64,000 nucleotides of DNA from OCS116 cluster bacterium AG-435-F03 (GTDB taxonomy: Bacteria > Pseudomonadota > Alphaproteobacteria > MED-G09). Under the pieces are notes generated by a model. That model did not search any database. It was not told the origin of the DNA and worked only from the letters and a program-made list of their open reading frames with translations. Of this stretch, positions 49,559 to 60,253 are shown piece by piece (position 1 is the first letter of the stretch; each line of letters opens with the position of its first letter). The translations under genes and the position numbers were made by a program. The DNA lies in contig QCOV01000001.1 of assembly GCA_003212795.1 (NCBI GenBank), positions 27,321 to 91,320 of the forward strand, written 5' to 3'.

Positions 49559-50846
49559 TGAACACTCCTATTGCTGCAGCTGTCATTACCTTTATTCCGG
49601 TTGAAAGAGTTGGTATTGGATCGGGTGCAAAAAATGGTGAGTGAATTCCAGGTAAATCAATCTCTCCTCTAACTGATTTTTGCCAAACTTCAAGTTCACT
49701 TGCTCCAAGCCAAAATAGAAAAGTTGGTATTTTTGGTTCAACTCTTCCATATCTTCCAAAATCCTCACCACCCATGACGGCACTAGATTCAAAAATATTT
49801 TCTTTTCCAATAGATTTCTCAATATAACCAACAACCTCGTCAACAAAATCTGGAGTGTTGTAAAGTGCTGGAGTATATTGGTCTCTCAATTTAAGTGTAG
49901 GCATTTTATTTTCTGGTATTCCTAATGAAATTGCCTCACCTTCAATTATTCTTTTTATTTTAGAAATAATTTCTTCTCTTACCTCATCTGTATAAGAGCG
50001 CATAGTCAACTGCAATTTAACTTCATCTGGAATAATATTATGTTTAGATCCACCATGAATTGAACCAACAGTAACAACAGCTGGGTTTAAAGGATCTATC
50101 TCTCTGCTAACTATTGTTTGAAGCGAAAGAATAATTTTGGAAGCAAGTACAATAGGATCTTTTGCTCTATGAGGATATGCACCATGACCTCCAACGCCAT
50201 ATATTGTTATATCAGCCATATCAACATTAGCCATTGCATATCCTTTGGTATATGTCACTTTCCCTGCAGGAAAGGAACCAACATGAAGGGCTAGATTGAA
50301 ATCCGGCCTTGGAAATTTATCAAATAAACCTTCTTCAAGCATTTTTGCTGAACCTTGCCCAACTTCTTCTGCTGGTTGAAAAATAATCATTAATGTTCCT
50401 GACCATTTATTTTTTGAGTTAATTAATTCTTTTGCTGTTCCTACTGCGACAGCCATATGAACATCATGGCCACATGCATGCATAACCGAAACTTCTGTTT
50501 TATCATCATTAAGCATTTTGATTTTGGAGGAATACTCCAAGCCAGTTTTTTCTTCAACTGGAAGCGCATCCATATCAGCTCTAATCATTAAGACAGGACC
50601 TTTTCCGTTTTTATATATTGAAACAACCCCTGTTTTTGCGAAGTTTCGAGTAACCGTAAATCCAAGACCCTCCATTTTGTTTGCTAGTAGATTAGATGTT
50701 TTAAATTCTTGCCAAGATAATTCAGGATTAGAATGCAAATGTTTATATAAATCTAAAATTTCATCTGCATTAGATTTACCAACTAAAGAAAGAAAAATTA
50801 AAGAAAGTATAAATAATTTTTTATATAACATACTAATAATGTTCAA
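49545..50846 (-). CDS. M20D-family amidohydrolase (hippurate hydrolase / aminoacylase-like), secreted
   Basis: 'MHACGHDVHM' metal-binding motif. N-terminal signal peptide 'LFILSLIFLSLVGKSNA'. Confidence 0.85.
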   Translation of the reverse strand: MNIISMLYKKLFILSLIFLSLVGKSNADEILDLYKHLHSNPELSWQEFKTSNLLANKMEGLGFTVTRNFAKTGVVSIYKNGKGPVLMIRADMDALPVEEKTGLEYSSKIKMLNDDKTEVSVMHACGHDVHMAVAVGTAKELINSKNKWSGTLMIIFQPAEEVGQGSAKMLEEGLFDKFPRPDFNLALHVGSFPAGKVTYTKGYAMANVDMADITIYGVGGHGAYPHRAKDPIVLASKIILSLQTIVSREIDPLNPAVVTVGSIHGGSKHNIIPDEVKLQLTMRSYTDEVREEIISKIKRIIEGEAISLGIPENKMPTLKLRDQYTPALYNTPDFVDEVVGYIEKSIGKENIFESSAVMGGEDFGRYGRVEPKIPTFLFWLGASELEVWQKSVRGEIDLPGIHSPFFAPDPIPTLSTGIKVMTAAAIGVFNDNK

Positions 50847-51354
50847 TCTTATCTTCTACTGCGTGCCCTTCAAAAGGAATTAAAATCTGTCTTCTAAATG
50901 TACAAACAACAACATTATTTTGGTTTGTTCCCGTAGTTTTAATTGTAACAATTCCTTGACCCTCTCTTGTTTTGCTCTCTCTTTTATCAAGAACTTCAGA
51001 AGACCCATAGATTGTATCACCATGAAATACAGGAGCTGTAAATTTAACTTCATCCATTCCAAGATTTGCAATAGCTTTTTGACTACAATCTGAAACACTC
51101 ATTCCGATTAGAAGAGATAATGTATATGGTGAAACAACAAGATTTTTACCAAATTCTGTTGCTTTTCCATATTCAGCATCAAAATGAATAGGGTGAGTAT
51201 TTAATGTCATAAGCGTAAAAAGATGGTTATCATACTCGGTAATTGTTTTACCAGGTCTGTGATCATAAACATCACCAACATTAAAATCTTCAAAATATCT
51301 CCCGAATTTTTCTCTATAATGATTAGGTCCAATTTCTTTAGTATTTTTGATCAT
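50833..51354 (-). CDS. MaoC-like (R)-specific enoyl-CoA hydratase / hot-dog fold dehydratase
   Basis: 173 aa. 'HPIHFDAEY' matches the hydratase motif region. Confidence 0.75.
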   Translation of the reverse strand: MIKNTKEIGPNHYREKFGRYFEDFNVGDVYDHRPGKTITEYDNHLFTLMTLNTHPIHFDAEYGKATEFGKNLVVSPYTLSLLIGMSVSDCSQKAIANLGMDEVKFTAPVFHGDTIYGSSEVLDKRESKTREGQGIVTIKTTGTNQNNVVVCTFRRQILIPFEGHAVEDKIEHY

Positions 51355-51450
51355 TTAAATAATTTTACTCCATTTAAAGTCTAAGATTTAAGCACTTTTT
51401 TAATATGAAAACTACTGATTCTTCTTATAATGTTTAGAAGGGGAAAGAAA

Positions 51451-52542
51451 ATGAAAAATATTTTATATTTTTTTTTAACATTGGTTTTTTTATTTGATAA
51501 TGCCTTTGCTCAAACTCAAGACATTAAAAATGATCCTGATATATTGCCAGGCGTATTAAGAACTCCAGATAATAGATTTGAAAACTTAACTGATTATCCA
51601 TTTGAACCAAATTATATGGTTATAGATGGATTAAGGATTCATTATTTAGACGAAGGCCCTAAAGATGCTGACCCAATAATATTATTTCATGGCGAACCAG
51701 CATGGAGTTATTTATTTCGTAAAATGATACCTGTTTTAACGGATGCAGGACATCGCGTTATTGTTCCAGATATGGTTGGATTTGGAAAATCAGATAAATT
51801 TATTTCTAAATATGATTATAGTTACAAGCATCATATAGATCTGATGAAAGAGCTTGTAATTCAGTTAGATTTAAGGGAAGCAACACATTTTGGTCAAGAT
51901 TGGGGAGGTTTAGTTGGATTAAGAGTAGTTGCCGAATTACCTGACCGTTTTGCGAGGGTTGTTGTCTCGAATACAGGAATGATAGCTCGAGACGGTTTTT
52001 CAGGTTGGTTATTTGAAAATATTGTTAAACTTATTGTTTGGTGGCATGGACCTATTACATTTGAAGAATTAAAACTTGCCAGAGATAAGGCATTAAAAAA
52101 TAATAATCCTTCTCCTCTCCTAGGGGCTATTATGTTTTCAAAATGGATTGCTTATTCATATTATAGCGAAGATATGGATATCGTTGGTATTATAGAGAGT
52201 TTCGGTGGGTTAAGTTTATCAGAGGGTGAAAAAAGAGCTTATGAAGCTCCTTACCCAAGCGGTGAATATAAAGCTGGTCCACATGTATGGCCATATTTAA
52301 TCCCAACACAGCTTTCAGAAAATGAAAAATATTGGGTTGATGTATATGAAAATTGGGAAAAACCATTTTTGGTTGCATTTGGTGAAAATGAAAGAATTAC
52401 AATAAGAATGAAGGATGATTTTTTAGAACGAATTCCAAATCCAACTGTCATTACTCTAAAGGGAGCTAGTCATTTTGTTCAAGAAGAAGTAGGACCAGAA
52501 CTGGCAAAAATAATAGATGATTTTATCAAGAATAATCCTTGA
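51451..52542 (+). CDS. haloalkane-dehalogenase-like alpha/beta hydrolase with signal peptide
   Basis: 'HGEPAWSYLFRKM' and the nucleophile-Asp elbow 'GQDWGG' resemble the HLD family. Start at the second ATG (51451, RBS GAAGGGGA, signal peptide MKNILYFFLTLVFLFDNAFA). The ORF is open from 51430. Confidence 0.7.
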   Translation: MKNILYFFLTLVFLFDNAFAQTQDIKNDPDILPGVLRTPDNRFENLTDYPFEPNYMVIDGLRIHYLDEGPKDADPIILFHGEPAWSYLFRKMIPVLTDAGHRVIVPDMVGFGKSDKFISKYDYSYKHHIDLMKELVIQLDLREATHFGQDWGGLVGLRVVAELPDRFARVVVSNTGMIARDGFSGWLFENIVKLIVWWHGPITFEELKLARDKALKNNNPSPLLGAIMFSKWIAYSYYSEDMDIVGIIESFGGLSLSEGEKRAYEAPYPSGEYKAGPHVWPYLIPTQLSENEKYWVDVYENWEKPFLVAFGENERITIRMKDDFLERIPNPTVITLKGASHFVQEEVGPELAKIIDDFIKNNP

Positions 52543-52610
52543 GAAGATGCAGTGTGAGAAGTAAAAGGTGTGATAGAATAGTTATGATTCTTTTTTGAGC
52601 TTTTTATAAA

Positions 52611-54002
52611 ATGATAAATATCAGGATTTGTACTTTAGTAATTGCGATTACCCTTTTCATAAGTGGCTGCTCATCTAATCAAAAAAAATATCTCAAAAAG
52701 TTACCAGATATTCCCTCAAACTGGTCCTCAGTCTATGCAGGTAATGAGAATTCTAATGGTTGGGTAAGTGAATTTAAAGACGAAACTCTATATGGTCTAA
52801 TAAAAGAAGCTCTAGAGAATAATAAGGACTTAGGCATTGCATACGAAAATATAAAAATTGCTAGAGCTAGAGCAGGAGCTTCACTTGCTCCATTATTACC
52901 AGCTATTAATATAGGAGCAGCAAAAAGCCAAATATCAACAACTATCCAAAATCCTAATGGTGAAGTTGAAAGAATTTATAATTATCGTGACAGCCTTACA
53001 ACCCAACTCAATTGGGAAATTGATATATGGGGTAGATTATCGACTAGATCCAGAGCTTCATATCTCAATGCTAAATCAGTTTACAATGACTATGAGGCAG
53101 CGAAATTGTCTATTGTAGGGTTAACTGCGCAAGCTTGGTATTTGTTTTGTGAGTCTAAGCTTCAAACTGATTTAGCTGAGAGAAATCTTCAAACAAGACT
53201 TAGTACACTTAAAAGAGTTGAAAGTAGGTACCAAAAAGGGATAGCTCAAAGTAGAGATCTCCGTTTAGCAAGATCGGAGGTAGAGTCAAGAAAAGCTGAA
53301 CTTTTAAATAGGAAAAAAGCTCTTTCTGAGGCATCAAGAAACCTTGAAATTATTATAGGAAGATATCCGAGTTCAAGTATATCAGCAGATATCTTACCAG
53401 GATTACCGCCTAAACCTATTTTAGGTTCTCCAGAAGATGTTCTCAAAAATAGGCCAGATATTATTAGTTCAGAAATCCAGTTAGAGCAGGCTGGTTTAGA
53501 GGTCACTGCAGCAAGACTTGCTTTCCTTCCAAGCTTAAATATAACTGCACAATGGTCAACCTCAGAGAGGGATTGGTCAGATGCATTTGACCCTGATAGA
53601 CTTGCAGGGAATATAATAGCCAGTTTAACGCAATCAATTTTTCAGGGTGGTACTAGAATTGCTCAGAGTAAAATTACTGAGTCTCAGATGAAGATAATTC
53701 TTAACCAGTACTCAAAAACCTTACTTAATGCTGCAAGAGAAATTGAGGATGCATTATTCGCTGAAAATATTCTCCAAGATAGAGAAGAGTCATTATTAAA
53801 TGCTTTCAAAGAAGCAAAAGCTGCAGAAGAACTAACAATTGATCAGTATAACAGAGGTGTTTCAACTATTTTTGAACTTCTAGATGCTCAGTCCAGAAGA
53901 CTAAGTGCAGAAAGTTTATTGATAAATTCAAGTCTTTTGAGAATCACTAATAGAATAAAATTACACTTAGCCATATCTTCGCCATTATTTGAGGAGATAT
54001 AA
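52611..54002 (+). CDS. RND efflux outer-membrane factor lipoprotein (NodT/OprM/TolC family)
   Basis: Lipobox 'ISGCSS'. Two-repeat OEP architecture, 463 aa. Confidence 0.85.
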   Translation: MINIRICTLVIAITLFISGCSSNQKKYLKKLPDIPSNWSSVYAGNENSNGWVSEFKDETLYGLIKEALENNKDLGIAYENIKIARARAGASLAPLLPAINIGAAKSQISTTIQNPNGEVERIYNYRDSLTTQLNWEIDIWGRLSTRSRASYLNAKSVYNDYEAAKLSIVGLTAQAWYLFCESKLQTDLAERNLQTRLSTLKRVESRYQKGIAQSRDLRLARSEVESRKAELLNRKKALSEASRNLEIIIGRYPSSSISADILPGLPPKPILGSPEDVLKNRPDIISSEIQLEQAGLEVTAARLAFLPSLNITAQWSTSERDWSDAFDPDRLAGNIIASLTQSIFQGGTRIAQSKITESQMKIILNQYSKTLLNAAREIEDALFAENILQDREESLLNAFKEAKAAEELTIDQYNRGVSTIFELLDAQSRRLSAESLLINSSLLRITNRIKLHLAISSPLFEEI

Positions 54003-55185
54003 AGCTATGAGAGCTATACTAAGAGTAATTTTTGCTTCAAGATTTTTACCAGTTATAATTTTAATATTTGGTTTATTTATATCTTTTGTAATTTCTTCAA
54101 CTGACCCAAAACCAAATAAAGGTATTGAAATACCAAAACCCACAGCAGTTTTTTATGATAATCCTCAAAAAAAAGATGTAACCCTTAGAGTAACAACTAA
54201 CGGTGAAGTAAGGTCTGTTACTGAAATAAATGTTATACCTCAAGTTAGCGGAAGAATAATCCAGGTTGCTGATGAATTTATTGACGGTGGAAACATAAAA
54301 AAAGGCCAGCCATTAATCTGGATAGATGATCGAGATTATAAACTTGCAACTATTTCAGCAGAGTCAAGAGTTGCGCAGGCAAAGAAATTGTTAGAAAGAG
54401 AAATTGCTGAGAGTGAGTTGGCGAGAAAAGATTGGGAAGAGCTTGGAGAAGGCGAGGCCAGTCCTCTTACTCTACGAATACCTCAGCTTGAGGAAGCAAG
54501 AGCCCTTTTAAATGCTGCTGAAGCTGATTTAGAAAAAGCAAAATTAAACCTTGAAAGAACAATAATTAGCTTACCTTTTGATGGGTTAATCAAAAAAAAG
54601 AATGCTGGGATTGGTCAATATGTTAATGCAGGATCAATCTTGGGGTCAGCCTTTTCAACAGAAAAAGTTTTGATACCCCTTCCATTGACCGATACTGAAT
54701 TATCTTATTTAGGTTTACCTCTTGGATATGAGTCAAAAGGTTATTTTGATGGTCCTAAGGTTATTTTTAGATCTTTTATATCTAGAGAATATATTGAATG
54801 GAATGGTAGAATTACAAGAACTTCAGGTTCAATTGATAGCCAAACAAGGCTTGTATATGCTTATGCAGAAGTAATCAATCCTTATGATGAAAGCCCTCCT
54901 TTAGCTATTGGAACATATGTCGATGCAGAAATTGAAGGGAATTTTATATCTGGAGGTTTTGTTATTCCTAATGCTGCAATTAAGAACGGAAATGAAATTT
55001 ACTTGATTGATAATGATAACAAATTAAGAATTAAGAAAATTGAAGTTGTTGGGACTGAAAATGAGGATGTGATAATTTTTGGCGATATTGATGAAAATGA
55101 TATGATAGTTGTTTCAACATTAAATACTGGGTATGAAGGAATGGAATTAACTCCTATGAAATTAGAAAATAAAGAGACTTTATAA
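53989..55185 (+). CDS. RND efflux periplasmic adaptor (membrane fusion protein, HlyD/AcrA family)
   Basis: N-terminal TM, coiled-coil 'AQAKKLLEREIAESELARKDWEEL', and lipoyl/beta-barrel motifs. Confidence 0.88.
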   Translation: MRRYKAMRAILRVIFASRFLPVIILIFGLFISFVISSTDPKPNKGIEIPKPTAVFYDNPQKKDVTLRVTTNGEVRSVTEINVIPQVSGRIIQVADEFIDGGNIKKGQPLIWIDDRDYKLATISAESRVAQAKKLLEREIAESELARKDWEELGEGEASPLTLRIPQLEEARALLNAAEADLEKAKLNLERTIISLPFDGLIKKKNAGIGQYVNAGSILGSAFSTEKVLIPLPLTDTELSYLGLPLGYESKGYFDGPKVIFRSFISREYIEWNGRITRTSGSIDSQTRLVYAYAEVINPYDESPPLAIGTYVDAEIEGNFISGGFVIPNAAIKNGNEIYLIDNDNKLRIKKIEVVGTENEDVIIFGDIDENDMIVVSTLNTGYEGMELTPMKLENKETL

Positions 55186-58100
55186 GTGTATAAGATGATT
55201 TCATGGTGGGCAAGAAACCCCAAGGCAGCAAACCTTTTAATGGCTGGGATTATAATTGTTGGAATAGCAACTTTTTCTCGAATCGAACAAGAAGTTTTTC
55301 CTAAAATTTCTGCCCCTATAGTTTCTGTTCATTATGTCTGGCCTGGGGCCTCACCTAAGGAAGTTGAGGATCAAATTTTGGTTAGAGTTGAAGAATCTCT
55401 TAGAGATATTGAAGGAATAGAAAAACTAAGAGGCTTTGCTCAAGAAAGTTTTGGAGCAATCTATGTTCAAGCTTTTGCCGGGACAGATATTAATAATTTA
55501 ATTCAAGAGGTTAAGCGAGAGGTGGATGCGGTTGTCTCTATACCGTCAGATGTTGAGCCTCCTGTTGTAGATGATGCATCATTTGAGTTTCCCATAATGG
55601 CTATAGCGCTTTCTGGTGATGTATCGGAAAAGAAGCTTACAAAAACCGCACGTTTATTAAGAGATGAATTAGCTCTTCAACCACATGTTGATGTCGTAAA
55701 TTTAATGGGCGTAAGAAAAGAGGAAATATCAATAGAATTATCTGAAACTGCAATGAGAAGGTACGGCCTAAATTTTGATAATGTTGCTAATGCAATTAGG
55801 AAAAACTCAATAAATTTATCATCTGGGAATATAAAGGCTCAAACCGGAACCCTTCAACTTGCCACACGTAATCTTGGCGATTCACTTGAAGACTTTAATG
55901 AGATTGTAATTTTACAAACACCAGATGGAGGAAAAATAAAAGTTTCTGATGTTGCTACTGTTGTTGATGGATTTGAAGATAAAGATACCGCTGATATTTT
56001 AATAAATGTTGATACAGGCAAATCTTCAGCTGTAACAGGCTTAATGGTTATGTCTTCAAGCAATATGAATGTTGTAAAGACCTCAAAATCGGTGAATGAA
56101 TGGATTGATAGTAAACAAGGCACCTTACCTGAAGGTATTTCACTAAATTTATGGACTGATCAATCTGAACTTTATAAAGGAAGAATGAATCTAATAGTAA
56201 GAGCAGCATATGGAGGTCTAATTTTAGTGTTTTTCATATTGATGCTTTTTCTTCGTCCTGCAGTTGCAATCTGGTGTTCGATTGGTATCGGGACAGCATT
56301 TACAGGCTCTTTGATATTCCTTCCGGGAATGGATATCTCATTGAATGTTATTTCCCTATTTGCTTTTCTATTGGTAATAGGAATTATTGTTGATGATGCT
56401 GTTATTGTTGGTGAGAATATTCATCTCGAATATGAGAGAGGGAGAACCGGAACAGATGCCGCAATTACAGGTGCATATTTGGTATCAAAGCCAGTATTTT
56501 TTGCTGTCATAACTACTATGATAGCATTTGTTCCTTGGTTATTGCTTGATGGTTGGCAAGTCCAATTCGTTAAAAATATATCTTATATTGTGTTATTTGC
56601 TCTTGCCTTTTCTCTTATTGAGGCTTTTTTTATATTGCCTTCTCACCTCTCAAATTTAAAACCTCATAATGAAACATCAAAATTTGCAAAAATACAAAAA
56701 AGATTTGCAGATGGAATAGTAAGGTACGGAAAATCTCATTATATGCCTGTACTGATTGCTGCATTAAGCAAAAGATATACAGCATTGGCTTGTTTTGTTT
56801 CAATATTAATAATCGTTGTGTCTGTATCATCTTCAAATTGGATATCTAAAAGTTTTTTCCCAAATGTTGAGGATGATGAGTTAACTATTCTAATTAACTT
56901 ACCATCTGGATCACCTTTTTCACGAACAGAGGAAGTTGGAAGAAAGATTCAAAGTGCTGGATATCAAGTTATTGAGTTTTATAGAGGAAAAGATAATGCC
57001 ATAAAAGGTATTTTATTAATGCTAGATGAAAACAAGATAACAACATATGTTAATTTACATGATCCATCTGTTAGGGATGCCTCTGCAAAAGAAATAGCTA
57101 ACTTATATAGAGATTATATTGGAGATGTTCCTGATGCTGAGAATTTTGCTATAGGCACTCAAATAGGAAGAGACAGTACAGCCGCAGATCTAGAATTTAA
57201 TATTAGCTCACAGGACTCAGAAAGTTTAATTTCTGCTTCTGAGGAATTTATGGGTAAATTACGCTCATATGATTCAATTTATGATGTGAATACAAGTTTA
57301 AACAGCGCTGCAACTGAATTACAAATTTCTTTAAAACCAAATGCTGAAAAAATTGGATTAACATTAGGGGAAATTTCGCGTCAATTGAGACAGGCTTATT
57401 ACGGTGAAGAAGTTCAAAGGTTACCAAGAGAGGGTGATGATGTTAAGGTTATGGTTCATTATCCAAAAAAGCTTAGAAGATCAGTAGATAGCCTTACTAA
57501 GTTTAGAATAAGAACTCCAGATGGAAGAGAAGTCCCATTTATGTCCGTAGCCAGCGTTCAACAATCTCCTGGTATAACGAAAATAGAGAGAACAGATGGT
57601 AAGAAAAGTGCTACCATAGGTGCATACGCTCTACCTGGTCAAAGGTCACAAGTTTTGACAGATTTTAGAGAGAACTTTCTCCCTCTTTGGGAAGCAAAAT
57701 ATAATGATGTCTCATGGTCTTTTTCAGGTGAAGCAGAGGGCGAAGATCAGTTTTTTGCTGAAATACGATTTTTGTCACTTGTCGCATTTCTTACAATGTT
57801 TGCTCTTTTATCCATTGCATTTAAATCATATTTTTTACCATTAATAATTTTATCTGCATTACCATTTGGTTTTTGTGGAGCAGTAATTGGTCATGTAGTT
57901 TTTGGAAAGGGCTTATCCATGATTTCTTACTGGGGAATAGGAGCAGCATGTGGCGTTGTCATTAACGACAACCTCGTCCTTGTTGATTATATTAATAGAG
58001 TTAGAAAAAGTGGAAAACATCTTCTTGAAGCCGTAATCGAAGCGGGCGTTGTTAGGTTTAGGCCAATAGTTATTACATCAATAACTACTTTTGTAGGGCT

Positions 58101-58302
58101 TATGCCCATTATGCTTGAGCCATCAGTTCAAGCAAATTTCTTAAAGCCAGCAGTTATATCTCTAACATGTGGAGTTGTTTTATGTGCGCCTGTAACTTTA
58201 ATCTTAGTACCTTGTTTAATGGTTATTGGTGCAGATATAAAAGAAGTTTTGATTAGAATTCCACAGGCTATAAAAAAACAATTCAGCCCTAATGCGACTT
58301 AA
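55186..58302 (+). CDS. RND efflux permease (AcrB/HAE1-like)
   Basis: 1038 aa, 12 TM with two large periplasmic loops. N-terminal 'ISWWARNPKAANLLMAGIIIVGIATF' is typical of AcrB. Confidence 0.92.
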   Translation: MYKMISWWARNPKAANLLMAGIIIVGIATFSRIEQEVFPKISAPIVSVHYVWPGASPKEVEDQILVRVEESLRDIEGIEKLRGFAQESFGAIYVQAFAGTDINNLIQEVKREVDAVVSIPSDVEPPVVDDASFEFPIMAIALSGDVSEKKLTKTARLLRDELALQPHVDVVNLMGVRKEEISIELSETAMRRYGLNFDNVANAIRKNSINLSSGNIKAQTGTLQLATRNLGDSLEDFNEIVILQTPDGGKIKVSDVATVVDGFEDKDTADILINVDTGKSSAVTGLMVMSSSNMNVVKTSKSVNEWIDSKQGTLPEGISLNLWTDQSELYKGRMNLIVRAAYGGLILVFFILMLFLRPAVAIWCSIGIGTAFTGSLIFLPGMDISLNVISLFAFLLVIGIIVDDAVIVGENIHLEYERGRTGTDAAITGAYLVSKPVFFAVITTMIAFVPWLLLDGWQVQFVKNISYIVLFALAFSLIEAFFILPSHLSNLKPHNETSKFAKIQKRFADGIVRYGKSHYMPVLIAALSKRYTALACFVSILIIVVSVSSSNWISKSFFPNVEDDELTILINLPSGSPFSRTEEVGRKIQSAGYQVIEFYRGKDNAIKGILLMLDENKITTYVNLHDPSVRDASAKEIANLYRDYIGDVPDAENFAIGTQIGRDSTAADLEFNISSQDSESLISASEEFMGKLRSYDSIYDVNTSLNSAATELQISLKPNAEKIGLTLGEISRQLRQAYYGEEVQRLPREGDDVKVMVHYPKKLRRSVDSLTKFRIRTPDGREVPFMSVASVQQSPGITKIERTDGKKSATIGAYALPGQRSQVLTDFRENFLPLWEAKYNDVSWSFSGEAEGEDQFFAEIRFLSLVAFLTMFALLSIAFKSYFLPLIILSALPFGFCGAVIGHVVFGKGLSMISYWGIGAACGVVINDNLVLVDYINRVRKSGKHLLEAVIEAGVVRFRPIVITSITTFVGLMPIMLEPSVQANFLKPAVISLTCGVVLCAPVTLILVPCLMVIGADIKEVLIRIPQAIKKQFSPNAT

Positions 58303-58398
58303 TAGGCAAAAATAAACAAGACAATATAATTAAAATTACTTAGTAATTTGACAAAGCTTACATCTATTTGGCATAGTTTCATCTTGGGTTTTTAAATA

Positions 58399-58611
58399 TT
58401 GGGGGTTATTTTGAATCCGTTAATAAGAAAATATAAATATACAATTGATTGGATAAACTCAAAAGGTGAGATGGTTCAAAATATTATTGATGCGAAATCT
58501 ATGCAGGAGGCAATGAAAAAGCTACAAATTCTGCGTGGTAAGAAATTTAGCAAAAGTGGTTTTGGAAGGCCAAGATTTGTTAATATTAAAGAAAAAAAAG
58601 ATATCGAATAG
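58399..58611 (+). CDS. hypothetical small basic protein (70 aa)
   Basis: ORF only. Lys/Arg-rich, in the gap between the RND operon and the P450 gene. TTG start, no family recognised. Confidence 0.3.
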   Translation: MGVILNPLIRKYKYTIDWINSKGEMVQNIIDAKSMQEAMKKLQILRGKKFSKSGFGRPRFVNIKEKKDIE

Positions 58612-58619
58612 TTTAGCAA

Positions 58620-59864
58620 ATGAATAAAGAAAATTTTAAAAAAATAGCCTACCCTGAGACTTATGCCGATGAAAAAGAGCTTCATGATATTTTTACTTTT
58701 ATGAGAAGAGAAGATCCGGTTTCATGGGTTGAACCAGATCAATTTAGGCCATTTTGGGCTATCACAAAACATGAAGACATTATTGAGATAGAAAAACAAA
58801 ATGAATTATTTATAAACGACCCACGTACTACTTTGATGGATATTCCAACAGAAGATGCAATTAAAGAATTCACTGGAGGAAGCCATTTGCTTGTAAGATC
58901 ATTAGTTCATATGGATAATCCTGATCATCAATTATATAGATCATTAACGCAAAAATGGTTTGCCCCACCAAATCTAGAGTCTTTAAAAAAAGATATAAGA
59001 AATATTGCTAAGGAATATGTAAATAAAATGGTTGATCATGGTAATGAATGTGATTTTGCAAAAGATGTTGCTATTTTTTACCCTTTAAGAGTTATCATGT
59101 CTATTTTAGGAGTCCCTAAAGAAGATGAACCAAGAATGTTACGTTTAACTCAAGAATTATTTGGCGGACGTGATGAAGATATGATTAGAGATGAAAGTGA
59201 AACTTCTTCGGAGTCGAACACAATTACAGATTTTTTTGAATATTTTAATGCCTTAACTGAGGATAGAAGAAAGAATCCTACAAACGATGTTTCTAGCGTA
59301 ATCGCGAATGCAAAAATAAATAATGAACAATTAGGTCATCTTGAGGCTATGTCATATTATGTAATTATTGCCACTGCTGGTCACGATACAACATCATCTT
59401 CTACAGCAGGAGGGATTTTAGCTTTAATAGAAAACCCAGATCAATTATCAAAACTAAAGAATAACCCCAGCTTAATGACAAGTGCTGTTGAAGAAACAAT
59501 ACGATGGGTTACTCCAGTTAAAAGTTTTTTTAGAACAGCTACCCAAAATTATGATTTAAAAGATAGAGAAATAAAAAAAGATGACTCAATTTTATTATGT
59601 TATCCATCAGGAAATAGAGATGAAGAAATCTTTGATGATCCTTTTAAATTTAAAGTTGATAGAAGCCCAAATAGGCATTTAGCATTTGGTCATGGGGCAC
59701 ATTTATGTTTAGGAAAGTATCTTGCAAAAATTGAAATGGAAATTTTTTATGAAGAATTATTTAAAAAGATTGATAATATTCAGTTAAATGGTGAGCCTGA
59801 ATGGGTTAAAGCAAGCTTTGTTTCAGGTTTAAAATCTCTTCCAATAAAATACACTTTGCAATAA
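58620..59864 (+). CDS. cytochrome P450
   Basis: Heme-ligand loop 'FGHGAHLCLG', 'ETIRW' (ExxR), and I-helix 'AGHDTTSS'. Confidence 0.92.
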   Translation: MNKENFKKIAYPETYADEKELHDIFTFMRREDPVSWVEPDQFRPFWAITKHEDIIEIEKQNELFINDPRTTLMDIPTEDAIKEFTGGSHLLVRSLVHMDNPDHQLYRSLTQKWFAPPNLESLKKDIRNIAKEYVNKMVDHGNECDFAKDVAIFYPLRVIMSILGVPKEDEPRMLRLTQELFGGRDEDMIRDESETSSESNTITDFFEYFNALTEDRRKNPTNDVSSVIANAKINNEQLGHLEAMSYYVIIATAGHDTTSSSTAGGILALIENPDQLSKLKNNPSLMTSAVEETIRWVTPVKSFFRTATQNYDLKDREIKKDDSILLCYPSGNRDEEIFDDPFKFKVDRSPNRHLAFGHGAHLCLGKYLAKIEMEIFYEELFKKIDNIQLNGEPEWVKASFVSGLKSLPIKYTLQ

Positions 59865-59877
59865 AGGAGCAATCATA

Positions 59878-60252
59878 ATGAAAACTTTTCAAGAAATTTT
59901 AAAAGAAGCTAATGATAGCGTCCCATCCATAACCCCTGATGAAGCAAAATCTTTACAAGATGACGGTGCATTAATTATTGATATTAGGGAATTAGAGGAA
60001 ATCCAGATCTCTGGTAAAGTAAAAGGCTCTTATCATATTCCAAGAGGACTGCTTGAATTTCAAACAAAACTAGTTAACCCGAATGGTTTAGAGGGTTTTG
60101 ATACAGAAAACACAATAATATTATATTGCGCTTCAGGCGGTAGAGCAGCCTTAGCAGGAAAAGCATTAAAAGATTTAGGTTTTGAAAAAGTTTTTAATCT
60201 AGGTGGTTTAAAGGATTGGTTAGTCGCTGAATTACCTGTTGAAGAAATATAA
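59878..60252 (+). CDS. rhodanese-domain protein (sulfurtransferase-like)
   Basis: Active-site loop 'YCASGGRAA'. 124 aa single domain. AAGGAG RBS. Confidence 0.85.
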   Translation: MKTFQEILKEANDSVPSITPDEAKSLQDDGALIIDIRELEEIQISGKVKGSYHIPRGLLEFQTKLVNPNGLEGFDTENTIILYCASGGRAALAGKALKDLGFEKVFNLGGLKDWLVAELPVEEI

Positions 60253-60253
60253 T

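Noticed and set aside
58302-58399. TGGCAT motif ('tttggcatagtttcatc') as a second sigma-54 promoter upstream of the small ORF / P450
   Set aside because: A -24-like GG is present, but there is no GC dinucleotide at the -12 position (TTTCA instead of TTGCW). It does not fit the bipartite consensus.
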